From contig CAZMIT010000005.1 of the NCBI GenBank assembly GCA_964566495.1, positions 1-36,910 on the forward strand: DNA of 36,910 bases, written 5' to 3'. Of this stretch, positions 19,939 to 29,390 are shown piece by piece. The notes beneath the pieces are model-generated. The model saw nothing but the letters and a program-made list of their open reading frames with translations. It had not been told where the DNA came from and did no database searches. Numbering within the stretch: the stretch's first letter is position 1; the number at the start of each line of letters is the position of its first letter. A program made the translations under genes and the position numbers. Source of the stretch: an uncultured bacterium. GTDB taxonomy: Bacteria; T1Sed10-126.

Positions 19939-20050
19939 AATATCACCTTCCGGAACTATAAAATTTGATAACTTCATCACAACGCAGGAATTATAATAAA
20001 AAGCAGGATCAGTTGCCAGCCTTTGACAAGTATGAAAGAATATTGAACAG

Positions 20051-20194
20051 GTACCTGTTTAGCGCCCCCCCTTAATCCCCTCTCCCACACTGGGGGAAAG
20101 GGTTAGGGAGAGGGGGTAAACTGGATAAATGAACCCCCTCTTTTGTATTTTCTCCCCCAATGGGAGAAAAAAGATGGGAACGCTAAACAATTAC
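20051..20194. repeat. Inverted-end element GTACCTGTTTAGCG ... CGCTAAACAATTAC containing CCCTCTCCC/GGGAGAGGG-type hairpins
   Basis: Ends 12/14 complementary, and the same end motif occurs at 17422, 17637 and 22650. Confidence 0.7.
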
Positions 20195-20235
20195 TTGAGC
20201 AGTTAAACAAATTGTAACCTGATAGGTGATAGATA

Positions 20236-21597
20236 ATGCGTACTCCAGACAGCAAATTTTTGATACGCCTGCTCTCGGCAGCAGAAGACGTGCAGGAGTT
20301 TTACAACCTGCTGGCAGAATGGTTCACGGAAAATATCGAGAAAGAACCGCTACTTTTTTACCGCCCCTACCCGCTGGTAGAACTATATGGAGGCGACCCG
20401 CAGGTTGCAGAGGTGGAGGTGCTGAGGGGAGAAATAAAAAATTCTCCCGGCCGACAACAAATAGAGGAGCTTTCCAAACAGCGCCAGGGACTGATTAACG
20501 AAGAGCACGAATTAACCCACCTGAGTGCCGAAAGCTGGTTCGGGGCCCTGGAATATCCGGGGGCGGAACTAGTTTTTCTTAAAGAACGTTATAACCCACT
20601 CCAGCTTACCCTGCAGTTTGGAAGAGATTTAATCCGAAAAAAACAGACGACTCAGATTGGGGCTCTGGTCCTGGCGGCCCAGGAATTAAAAGCTGACCTG
20701 GGGGAAGTGACACAGTTCCTACTAAATCGTCTGGCAAGCCTGTTGAATGCGGAAGAAACCGCGTTCTATGTTCCACGGGGCCGCAACTATAAGCTGCGCA
20801 ACGCTAATGGATTCTCATACCGTGACTGCCCAAAGCGACAGACTATTGCCGGGAACCTGATTGAAGAGAGTCGCCTGAGCGAGGAAGAATTTATAATAAC
20901 AGAAGACCCTGACGACGGCGAAGTGATATATTTACCGCTGGATTCAGGAATTGAACGACTGGGTCTGCTTGCCGCCTTCAAACCCGGAGTGGACGAAGCC
21001 ACAATTAACGCCCACCACCCTTATCTGTCCACACTGGCTGAGCTCGGCGGACTTCTCGTTCACGAGGCTTCTTTCGCCGAACAGGAGGGAACCCGAGCTC
21101 TGGAAGACAAGCTAACCGGTTTAAGAAAGGAAAAATATTTTCGGGAACGCATCCGCGAAGAGGTTGAGCGGGGACGGCGTTACGATGTCCCGTGCTCGCT
21201 CTTACTGCTTGACATAGATAATTTTTCCGACCTGAACGAAAAATTTGGTGAACGAGTCGGTGATGCAATTTTGCGAGAAACCGGCGAACTTTTTCAGAAC
21301 AGCTTTAGAACTGTGGATATCACGGCCCGATTAAGCGAAGACATATTTGGCCTTTTGCTGACTAACACGCCTCTTGAAGCCGCTCTTAATGCCGCCGAGA
21401 GACTTCAGAGGCTGGCGAGTGAACCAATCCTTGAACTGGATTCAAATGAAATAGAGATTAATTTCAGCGGCGGACTGGCGGGCTACCCGGAGGATGGCAA
21501 AGAGGGGGACGAACTGTTCAAACAGGCCCGGCTGGCACTTTACCAGGCGAAAAAAAGAGGCAAGAACAAAATCTTTTCCACAGGGGATCTATCCTGA
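20236..21597 (+). CDS. Degenerate GGDEF-domain protein with a possible GAF-like sensory domain
   Basis: DKLTGL, DIDNF and G..VGD are present, but the active site reads RLSEDIF. RTVD I-site retained. Confidence 0.88.
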   Translation: MRTPDSKFLIRLLSAAEDVQEFYNLLAEWFTENIEKEPLLFYRPYPLVELYGGDPQVAEVEVLRGEIKNSPGRQQIEELSKQRQGLINEEHELTHLSAESWFGALEYPGAELVFLKERYNPLQLTLQFGRDLIRKKQTTQIGALVLAAQELKADLGEVTQFLLNRLASLLNAEETAFYVPRGRNYKLRNANGFSYRDCPKRQTIAGNLIEESRLSEEEFIITEDPDDGEVIYLPLDSGIERLGLLAAFKPGVDEATINAHHPYLSTLAELGGLLVHEASFAEQEGTRALEDKLTGLRKEKYFRERIREEVERGRRYDVPCSLLLLDIDNFSDLNEKFGERVGDAILRETGELFQNSFRTVDITARLSEDIFGLLLTNTPLEAALNAAERLQRLASEPILELDSNEIEINFSGGLAGYPEDGKEGDELFKQARLALYQAKKRGKNKIFSTGDLS

Positions 21598-21609
21598 ATT
21601 CCAGATAGT

Positions 21610-22404
21610 TCAGGAAACAATATCTTCTCCCCCGTCACAACAAATTACATTTCCGGTAACAAATCGACTTTCCGGACGAACAAGTAAGCCAATCAGGTCA
21701 CCAACGTCTTCAGGTTCGGTCAAACGACCGGAGGGGTTCCTCTTTTTGGCTTCGGAGATCATATTTTCGTTACCCGGTATCTTCCGCAAAGCCGGCGTGT
21801 CAGTTACACCCGCCTGAATAGCATTAGCAGTAATTTCTTTATCACCAAGTTCATAGGCAAGCTGACGAACATTGGCTTCCAGAGCCGCCTTGGCCGCTGA
21901 GACGGGTCCATAGTAGGGCCAGACAGTGCTACCACCGGCGGAAGTCATGGCAAATATTCTACCGCCCGACCGCATCAAATTATTTTCCACCAGCTCCTGC
22001 GTCCAGTAGACCAGGCTGCTGGCCATAACGTCAAGCGTCATATCCATTTGTCGTGGTTCAACCAGGTCGTCGTCACCCCCGTTAACAAATTTCTTCAGAG
22101 TGCCAAAAGCCAGCGAATGCATGAGAACTCTCACCGTGGTGTTCTTATCGACTTTTGCTTCCAACTCTTCTCTAACTTTGTCGCGGGTCCGCTCCTTCGC
22201 CGCGTTACTGTTAAAAAACTCCACCTCGGCTCCCAGTTCTTCAAGTTCTTCTATTAGCTTGTTGACACGATCCATGTCCGACTTTCTATCAAAATGAACA
22301 CCGGCGATGTTCATTCCCATCCCCGCCAGCACTCGAGCCGCGGCGGCTCCAAAACCACTTGAACTACCCAAGATTAGAGCCCATTCTCCGTCTAATTGCT
22401 TCAT
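21610..22404 (-). CDS. SDR oxidoreductase, enoyl-ACP reductase (FabL/FabI-like)
   Basis: GSSSGFG nucleotide-binding motif, Y-x6-K (YGPVSAAK), TDTPAL and VTGNVI..DGG. Confidence 0.8.
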   Translation of the reverse strand: MKQLDGEWALILGSSSGFGAAAARVLAGMGMNIAGVHFDRKSDMDRVNKLIEELEELGAEVEFFNSNAAKERTRDKVREELEAKVDKNTTVRVLMHSLAFGTLKKFVNGGDDDLVEPRQMDMTLDVMASSLVYWTQELVENNLMRSGGRIFAMTSAGGSTVWPYYGPVSAAKAALEANVRQLAYELGDKEITANAIQAGVTDTPALRKIPGNENMISEAKKRNPSGRLTEPEDVGDLIGLLVRPESRFVTGNVICCDGGEDIVS

Positions 22405-22687
22405 CTTTAATCCTCCTGTTTTCTGTAAATCTTTCTTCTTTTGAAAATAAAAGTATTCAAATTTAAAAATTTTTGCAATCCTTCTACTTTAAGAATCCTT
22501 ACTATAACAGAATTTCGCCTGACTATCCAGCAAAAAGTTTACCACAACCTTCCAACGGTTTCATTACTGCCGGCAACGGATCAATTCCCGGCTGATGTTG
22601 TTTGCTCCCAGGCTCGTCATTGCAAAACTCAGCCCCACAACCTATTTTCGTAATTGTTTAGCGCCTACTGCCAAATGCTGTTTAGTT

Positions 22688-22716
22688 CGTCATCCCGGCA
22701 CCCGAGCCGGAATCCA
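22688..22716. repeat. CGTC-type REP-like palindrome
   Basis: CGTCATCCCGGCACCCGAGCCGGAATCCA, a near reverse complement of 1484-1512. Confidence 0.75.
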
Positions 22717-22722
22717 TCTTGA

Positions 22723-22894
22723 CCCGGCCTATGCATGAACCCTATGCATAGACCGCCCAAAGGTCCGCCCATTCATCAAATGGGCGGGGTTAACCCACCC
22801 AGCCCCCCCAGCTCTTTCCAAGTAAAGGGCTGGGGAGATGGGTGTCCTTCGGACGGATAATGCACGACAGTTATGCGGTCGTGCATTATCCGGG
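22723..22894. mobile_element. MITE copy 1 (CCCGG ends, IS1380-like), 172 bp
   Basis: Ends CCCGGCCTATGCA / TGCATTATCCGGG, flanked by the direct repeat CTTGA (22718-22722 and 22895-22899). Homologous to 31729-31845. Confidence 0.8.
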
Positions 22895-23073
22895 CTTGAA
22901 TTTCCGGCGGTCATCGAATAAGACCATTCCTCCTTTTTTTCCCACCTTGACGGGGTGAAAGACAAAGAGGGGTGAAAAAAAGGATGACGGAGAAAATTTT
23001 TTAAGTTCACAGAGCAGAATTGAAATACAAAATAGCAGAGAGGAGAGATATGAGCTAAAAAAAGGGCGGCGAA

Positions 23074-23544
23074 CTAAACCGGCGGGGATTCCCTCAGAGC
23101 AGTTAACTGGCTGTTAGAAACGACCTCGTAACTGAAATTTTTCTGAGCCAGCAGATCACTCTGCTCGTCGTCAGGCGACTGCGAGAGAAGCATACGGTCA
23201 ACATCATTTTGGGCCAGTATATCCAGGACGAGCGAGAAGCGGCCTCGTTGATGTTTTATCGCCGGGTTGAGAATAAATTTTTCCGAGACAAGCTCTCCCT
23301 CACCGTCAAAAATCATCAGCCCCAGGTAGCGACCATTAGCCGGATTGTTGGCCAATTCCTGCAAGTTAGTTTTAACTGAAAAACCCAGGGTTATTGTATC
23401 GGTAGTCTTCTTAACCATAACACGAGGCGAGGAGATTTTGGGATGGGCAGATAATTTTTCCGCTAATTCTTGCTTTAAATCAGCTCCCGCTTCCTGGTCA
23501 AGATCGCTATCAACCGTGGCTTGAATAAAGAGCTTATCAGTCAT
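23074..23544 (-). CDS. Hypothetical protein, weakly resembling a CDF dimerisation domain plus a NifB/NifX-like domain
   Basis: 156 aa, starting 11 bp after the fliD stop. The domain guess rests on pattern only (VDSDL..E...L..EL; NP...G....L....VD). Confidence 0.55.
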   Translation of the reverse strand: MTDKLFIQATVDSDLDQEAGADLKQELAEKLSAHPKISSPRVMVKKTTDTITLGFSVKTNLQELANNPANGRYLGLMIFDGEGELVSEKFILNPAIKHQRGRFSLVLDILAQNDVDRMLLSQSPDDEQSDLLAQKNFSYEVVSNSQLTALRESPPV

Positions 23545-23555
23545 TTTTAATCAGG

Positions 23556-25583
23556 TTACATACCGTGTTGAGCCAGACTGTCCTGCTGCGCGTTAAGATC
23601 GGCCATCATCGATTCCATGTGTATGAATTGACGTTCCAGGGTCTGCTGACGGTTTTCAACGTAGTCCATTCGACTGTCAATTCTATCCTGCAGGTTATCA
23701 ATCCGGTTATTAAAGCCCTCGTCGCGCGCTTGAAATATGCCGTCCTGGCTGTCGGTCATCCCCTCAAGGTAGTTGTCCAGCCGGGTCATGACGCCGTCCT
23801 GTTCGTCGCCGGTCGACTCGTCAGCCATAAACAGATCCTGAACCGCTTCCGGGTTATCCTGGAAAACTTCCCGAAACTCCGACGCATTAAACTGCAACAT
23901 CCCCTGGTCCGATTCAGAAGCTGTTCGGGGATCAACCTGTTCAATGCCCACGTCCCCCAAGGCCTCTATACCGCCCTCACTACCGGTAGCATCGGCGTAA
24001 CGCCCGGTGATCATGGTGGCCATCTGGGTGCGCAGGTTGCGGGGCGTAGACTCGCCGACAAAAATACCGGAATCTCGTTCTTCCTCGTCCGCACCAGGAG
24101 CATCAGGAACATCTACCTGGTTGCGTTCGTTGATAAAACTTATAATGCTATTGTATTGTTCGACAAAGTCGGACACCATGCCCACAACTTCGTCAACATC
24201 CTCGAAGACTTCGACTTCCACCGGGTTATCGGGCGCGTGGTCCTCCGAGGTATGGAGCTCCTGAAGGTCCAGCTCAATTCCGTTGAACTCAATCGTATTA
24301 CCGCTGGCCGTTACGGTATCGCCGTTAATAGTCGCCTCAGCGTCACTGCCCGCCTCGTATTCACCGGGATATACGTGACCACTATCTTCACCCTCTTCGC
24401 GCAGGTGCAAAACATCAGCTAAATTTCCGTCTACATCCTCGACTTCAATATCGCCGGCACCCGGTTCTTCAGCTTCAAGCGTAACCCGATCCGTGGCCTC
24501 GTTGTAGGAAACATTAACTCCCTCGACTTCAGAGTCCATGCGAGCTATTACATCCGAGAGTGAATCCTGGTCGTCCCACTCGACCGTCGTGTTGTTGATC
24601 TGTATCTCACCGTCGGCCTTAATTGGTCTCCCGGTCGCGGTCTCTGCCAACGGTGCCGTGGAATCCAGGGAAAGCAAATTTTCACCGTGGTCACGTTGAC
24701 TGTCAGTAAAATAGTGGTAGCCAGTACCTAAATTAAAACCTACTCGCTGAAAGAATCCATCATCTTCTTTATCCCGTAACTGAAAATTCCTCCCCCCGGT
24801 GGTATCATCGCTTGATTTGCCTGGATGTAGTGTAAACCTGTCGTTTGACGAGTGATACTGCAGCTCCATTCCCCAGTGATCCTCCGGATTATCCATTTCC
24901 GAACGATCAGCAGCACCGCCGGTATATTCCACCAGCGCGGCGTCGTCATCGAGGTCTATTGTCGGGTCGTTAACCAGCTCCATCAAGTGGTCAAAATCAT
25001 CCACCGAATCCAGGTCAATACTAATCCCATACTCATCCTCAGCCTCGTCTGAGTGAGCATGCTGCCGGATATCGATATCCGCGTTTCCCTCGCCGGTGGT
25101 CTGCACCTCGTAGCGGAGCTGCTCGAGAAATTCACTTGACCCTGTATCCAGGGGACCGTCCTCGCTAACCAGAAAGTCACTGCGCGAGGTAATATCAGCA
25201 CCGTTGTGATCCCCGGCCATTTTCTTGTTCTGAACGAAGGCACCGCTTCGAACCTGGGCGGTGTCGGCAAGCTCCTCCACAAATACCTCGTGTGTCCCCG
25301 GGGTGGCCTGGTTTTCATTAACTACAGTTGCATCCAGGACATCTTCGTGGGTATTAGAAATATCAAGGGGCTCAAAATTACTGGGATCGGTAAGATCTGC
25401 GGCGCGCGACTGAAGGCTGGCGGTACGGTTGTTTAAATCACGGTAAGCATCCTGTAGCTCTTCGGTCTCTTCAATCCGGTCCTCGTAACGCTGGATGGGC
25501 CGCGCTTCTATCTCCATCATCTGGTCAATTATCTCGCCCCAGTCCATGCCCGAGGACATTCCGGTCATCTGTATGCCACTCAT
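23556..25583 (-). CDS. fliD: Flagellar filament capping protein FliD
   Basis: N-terminal GMSSGMDWGEIIDQMMEIE..P, FVEQYNS, GIE...GML.F, and C-terminal L..QF..ME..MA.LN.Q. AGGGAGG RBS. Confidence 0.93.
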   Translation of the reverse strand: MSGIQMTGMSSGMDWGEIIDQMMEIEARPIQRYEDRIEETEELQDAYRDLNNRTASLQSRAADLTDPSNFEPLDISNTHEDVLDATVVNENQATPGTHEVFVEELADTAQVRSGAFVQNKKMAGDHNGADITSRSDFLVSEDGPLDTGSSEFLEQLRYEVQTTGEGNADIDIRQHAHSDEAEDEYGISIDLDSVDDFDHLMELVNDPTIDLDDDAALVEYTGGAADRSEMDNPEDHWGMELQYHSSNDRFTLHPGKSSDDTTGGRNFQLRDKEDDGFFQRVGFNLGTGYHYFTDSQRDHGENLLSLDSTAPLAETATGRPIKADGEIQINNTTVEWDDQDSLSDVIARMDSEVEGVNVSYNEATDRVTLEAEEPGAGDIEVEDVDGNLADVLHLREEGEDSGHVYPGEYEAGSDAEATINGDTVTASGNTIEFNGIELDLQELHTSEDHAPDNPVEVEVFEDVDEVVGMVSDFVEQYNSIISFINERNQVDVPDAPGADEEERDSGIFVGESTPRNLRTQMATMITGRYADATGSEGGIEALGDVGIEQVDPRTASESDQGMLQFNASEFREVFQDNPEAVQDLFMADESTGDEQDGVMTRLDNYLEGMTDSQDGIFQARDEGFNNRIDNLQDRIDSRMDYVENRQQTLERQFIHMESMMADLNAQQDSLAQHGM

Positions 25584-25679
25584 AAATAAAACCTCCCTGT
25601 TAAATCATCCCATTGCACCAGGTTAAATTTTCCTTCCTCCAGTGAAGGACCTGGAGTTTCATTAGAGTTTCATTGAAGT

Positions 25680-25706
25680 TAATCGACAGCTTTTAAAAAA
25701 ACTTAA
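25680..25706 (-). promoter_or_regulatory. Sigma28 (FliA/SigD) promoter for fliD
   Basis: TTAAGTTT-N11-GTCGATTA versus consensus TAAAGTTT-N11-GCCGATAA, about 100 bp upstream of the fliD ATG. Confidence 0.75.
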
Positions 25707-25768
25707 GCTTTTTTTATAACACCGGTACATAACATAAGGGGTCAGGGGGGAAATTGCAAACAATAATT

Positions 25769-27043
25769 TCAGGTGCGGGGGATTAACTCTTCTCGCCCCG
25801 GGCCAACGGAGACGTAGCTAATTCGGATATCAAGCTGATTTCCGATAAAATTAACGTAATCCCGGGCCTCAACCGGCAGATGGCTGAAGTCACGGCAGTC
25901 ACTTATTTCTTCCGACCAACCGTCAAAAGCCTCAGTAACCGGCTCAATTTCTTCCAATTTTCCGCTTTCAGCAGGAAATTTTGTCAATAGCTCGCCACCA
26001 GACCGATAACCGGTGATCACCTCGAGTTCCGGAAGACCGGAGAGTATGTCCAGTTTGGTCAGGGCCAGATCGGTAAAACCATTGACGGCACAGGCGTAAT
26101 TCATTTGCATAAGATCAAGCCGGCCACAGCGACGCGGCCGACCGGTGGTAGCTCCAAACTCACCACCCTTTTCGCGTAGATATTCGCCCCGCTCCCCCTC
26201 CAGTTCGGCAGGAAACGGGCCCGCGCCGACACGAGTTGTGTAGGCCTTGGTTACGCCAATGATTTTATCCACCTGGTGTCCGGGAAATCCACTCCCCGTT
26301 ACGACTCCACCAATTGTCGGATTGGAAGAGGTCACGTAGGGGTATGTCCCAAAATCCAGGTCAAGCATGGTCCCCTGGGCACCTTCGAAAAGTAGTTTTT
26401 TATTCTGCTGCCGGGCACGGCGCAAAAACTCGGGACTATTTACAACCTGGTCCTGCAATTTTTCATAGTAACGACAGTATTCGCCGGCGAGCTGCTGAAC
26501 AGAACTCCCCTGCCAGCGGCCGTATTCGGCTTCAAATTTAGCTATACTTGCCCGACAGAAGTCAAGTACTTTCTCGCGGTCGGCAAGGTCACAAATTCGC
26601 AGTCCTCGCCGCTGAACTTTATCGACGTAAGCCGGTCCAATCCCCTTCTGGGTCGTACCTATTTTAGAAGAACCTCTATCTGCTTCTTTGCGGGCGTCTG
26701 TTTCACAGTGAAAAGGCAAAAGGACATGAGCTCGAGCGGCAACACGCAAGCGCTGATGCACCGGAACGCCTATGCTATCCAGTTCTTCTATCTCTTCAAA
26801 CAGCTCCCGCAGGTTAACGACAACACCGGGTCCAACCAGTGAGACGGTTTCCGACTGCAAGATGCCCGAAGGGATAAGATGCAGGACGTATTTTTCATCG
26901 TCGACAACAACTGTGTGTCCGGCATTGCTGCCCCCCTGAAAGCGGACGACCACGTCTGCTTCAGCGGCAAGACGATCAACAATTTTCCCCTTGCCCTCGT
27001 CGCCCCATTGAGCCCCTATTACTGCTTTTGTTTTAGATTGCAT
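25769..27043 (-). CDS. purA: Adenylosuccinate synthetase
   Basis: GAQWGDEGKGK, NAGHT, FEGAQG, GTYPYVTSS and GATTGRPRRCG. Confidence 0.98.
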   Translation of the reverse strand: MQSKTKAVIGAQWGDEGKGKIVDRLAAEADVVVRFQGGSNAGHTVVVDDEKYVLHLIPSGILQSETVSLVGPGVVVNLRELFEEIEELDSIGVPVHQRLRVAARAHVLLPFHCETDARKEADRGSSKIGTTQKGIGPAYVDKVQRRGLRICDLADREKVLDFCRASIAKFEAEYGRWQGSSVQQLAGEYCRYYEKLQDQVVNSPEFLRRARQQNKKLLFEGAQGTMLDLDFGTYPYVTSSNPTIGGVVTGSGFPGHQVDKIIGVTKAYTTRVGAGPFPAELEGERGEYLREKGGEFGATTGRPRRCGRLDLMQMNYACAVNGFTDLALTKLDILSGLPELEVITGYRSGGELLTKFPAESGKLEEIEPVTEAFDGWSEEISDCRDFSHLPVEARDYVNFIGNQLDIRISYVSVGPGREELIPRT

Positions 27044-28025
27044 CACTTTTTAATATCCTTTCTATTTCCAGCGCCAGACCAGTGGCTGGCATCTCAACGC
27101 CATAGGAGCTGTAGAGCTCATCATAGCGACCACCGCCGACAACCGGCTTGCCGGTACCCGGCACCAGTGCTTCAAATACGAGACCTGTGTAATAGTCAAG
27201 ATCACGAACAACCCCGAGGTCGATGCTCACCACTTCGGCCAGGCCGGCCTCTTTTAATTCTTGATAAAGTTTTTCCAGATAGCGCAGTGCTCGATCAGTC
27301 TGTTCCGAATGATTTTTAATTTTATTTGCCGTTTTAAAGACCTCTTCGCCCCCGTAAAGCTCGGGCAGTGTCACCAACGCCTCTTTTCTTTCAGCGGAAA
27401 GGTCGGCCGAAGAAAGCGTTGCCGACAACTCCGCCTGGTTTTTCCGGTGGATACATTTCCATATTTTTCGCTCCAGTCCCGAGCTTAGACCCAGATCGAA
27501 AATTAATCCCTGGTAAACTCCCACGTGACCCAGGTCGACGATATATTCCTCAAGTTCGCAGCAGTCCAACATCTTAAACATGAAAAAGAGCAGATCACGA
27601 TCAGCCTCAAAGCAGTTGCTCCCAAGGATTTCAGAGCCAAACTGCTGGAACTCGCGGGCCTCGCCGCGCCGGAGTTCAAAATCTCTGAAACTACGACAGC
27701 AGTAACAATAACGACCGGGGAGACTTTCTTTTTCAAGACGTCCGGAAAGAATTTTTGCCACCTGGGCGGTCGCGTCTGGCCGTAAAGCCAGGCGCTCTCC
27801 TTTACCGTCATAAAACTGGTAGGTGCGAGCAGCTAAAAAATCACTCACTCCACGGGTGATTGAATCGTAGTAATCAATAGTAGGCAGGTCCAGTTCGGAA
27901 AAATCGTGCTGGTGAGCAAGATCAAAGAGCCGATTGATGAGCTTTCGTTTCTGCCGGCTTTTTTCCGGCAGATATGCTCTAACCCCCGCCGGTAAAAGTG
28001 TTAGTTCACGCTCCACGTTTTCCAT
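27033..28025 (-). CDS. hisZ: ATP phosphoribosyltransferase regulatory subunit
   Basis: HisRS-like catalytic domain without an anticodon domain (LPAGV, LRPDAT, REFQQFGSE, YYTGLVF, GGRYD, PATG); adjacent to purA. Confidence 0.88.
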   Translation of the reverse strand: MENVERELTLLPAGVRAYLPEKSRQKRKLINRLFDLAHQHDFSELDLPTIDYYDSITRGVSDFLAARTYQFYDGKGERLALRPDATAQVAKILSGRLEKESLPGRYCYCCRSFRDFELRRGEAREFQQFGSEILGSNCFEADRDLLFFMFKMLDCCELEEYIVDLGHVGVYQGLIFDLGLSSGLERKIWKCIHRKNQAELSATLSSADLSAERKEALVTLPELYGGEEVFKTANKIKNHSEQTDRALRYLEKLYQELKEAGLAEVVSIDLGVVRDLDYYTGLVFEALVPGTGKPVVGGGRYDELYSSYGVEMPATGLALEIERILKSDAI

Positions 28026-28056
28026 GCTGTTCTCCCTTAAGCCCAGCGGTTATTAT

Positions 28057-29316
28057 TCAAGCACTCTCTTTTTCTTCGCGTTCGCCCGGGTAGACCCGTA
28101 TCGGCTTTTCTTCACCGCGGATCGCCTCGGCGGTGACAACGCACTCCTCGACGTTATCGTCATCCGGCACTTCATACATTATGTCCAGCATCGACCGTTC
28201 AATTATCGCACGAAGTGCTCGAGCTCCCGTGTCGCGATTAATAGCTTCGCTTGCTACCTCGCGCAGGGCATCCGGAGTAAATTTAAGATTTACATCCTCA
28301 ATTTGGAAGAGTTTTCTATACTGGTCCACGAGAGAATTACGTGGTTCCTGCAGGATACGAACCAGGTCATCTTCGTCCAGTTTATCCAGCGTAGTTGTGA
28401 CCGGAATGCGACCGGCCAGTTCAGGAATAAAACCATACTCCAGCAGGTCTTCGGGTTCAACCTCCTTCAGAATTTCCATACGCTCTTTTTCACTCAAGGA
28501 AGAGACATCAGAACCAAAACCAACAACATTCTCGTTCAAACGACGTTCAATAACCTCTTCCAATCCGACAAAGGCTCCACCACAGATGAAAAGAATGTTG
28601 TTTGTATCAATCTGAATGTATTCCTGGTGAGGATGTTTGCGACCACTCTGTGGCGGCACGTCAGCCACGGTACCCTCAATAATCTTCAGTAGGGCCTGCT
28701 GTACCCCCTCGCCGCTGACATCGCGAGTAATCGAAGGGTTGTCAGCCTTACGAGCGATCTTGTCGATTTCATCGATGTAAATTATACCTTTCTCCGCCTC
28801 GTTGAAGTCAAAGTCAGCGGACTGGATTAGACGCAGGAGAATGTTTTCAACGTCTTCGCCGACATAACCGGCTTCAGTTAAAGCTGTGCTATCGACAATG
28901 GCAAAAGGGACCTCAAGAATATCGGCTAACGTCCTTGCCATCAGTGTCTTCCCACAGCCAGTGGGGCCAATAAGAAGTATATTGCTCTTCTCGACCTCCG
29001 TTTCATCGGTTGACTGTTTGGGAGAAAAAATACGTTTGTAATGATTATAGACAGCAACTGAAATGACTTTTTTGGCACGTTCCTGGCCAACAACGTATTC
29101 GTTCAGGTGTTCAAAAATCTTTGCCGGTGTCGGCAATTTGAACTCCTCGTCGTCAGCTTCTTCGGGCAGATCCTCAGAAACAATCTCATTGCAGACCTCA
29201 ATACACTCGTCACAAATGTAGACGCTGGGACCGGCAACAAGCCGCTTTACCTCCTCCTGTTTTTTTCCACAAAATGAACACTGTAGATCCTTCTCTTCAT
29301 CACCGTAACGAAACAT
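28057..29316 (-). CDS. clpX: ATP-dependent Clp protease ATPase ClpX
   Basis: CSFCGK..CDEC zinc finger, [16 protein letters not shown] and RKHP. Confidence 0.98.
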   Translation of the reverse strand: MFRYGDEEKDLQCSFCGKKQEEVKRLVAGPSVYICDECIEVCNEIVSEDLPEEADDEEFKLPTPAKIFEHLNEYVVGQERAKKVISVAVYNHYKRIFSPKQSTDETEVEKSNILLIGPTGCGKTLMARTLADILEVPFAIVDSTALTEAGYVGEDVENILLRLIQSADFDFNEAEKGIIYIDEIDKIARKADNPSITRDVSGEGVQQALLKIIEGTVADVPPQSGRKHPHQEYIQIDTNNILFICGGAFVGLEEVIERRLNENVVGFGSDVSSLSEKERMEILKEVEPEDLLEYGFIPELAGRIPVTTTLDKLDEDDLVRILQEPRNSLVDQYRKLFQIEDVNLKFTPDALREVASEAINRDTGARALRAIIERSMLDIMYEVPDDDNVEECVVTAEAIRGEEKPIRVYPGEREEKESA

Positions 29317-29390
29317 TGCTTACCGCCTCTTTTTATTTGAGTTATAATTTTTCCATAATTAACACAGTTACAACCGCGTCGAGAAGAATA

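Noticed and set aside
17422..20194. Integron attC sites (GTTTAGC/GCTAAAC)
   Set aside because: They do not fit RYYYAAC...GTTRRRY orientation or consensus, there are no cassette ORFs, and no integrase is present.
22729..23010. 93-aa ORF, and the 60-70-aa ORFs at 31741-32048
   Set aside because: They overlap the MITE or lepA and have no coding signal.
23565..24422. 285-aa plus-strand ORF, and similar ORFs opposite ftsY, clpX, clpP and tig
   Set aside because: Antisense shadows of well-conserved genes, produced by codon bias.
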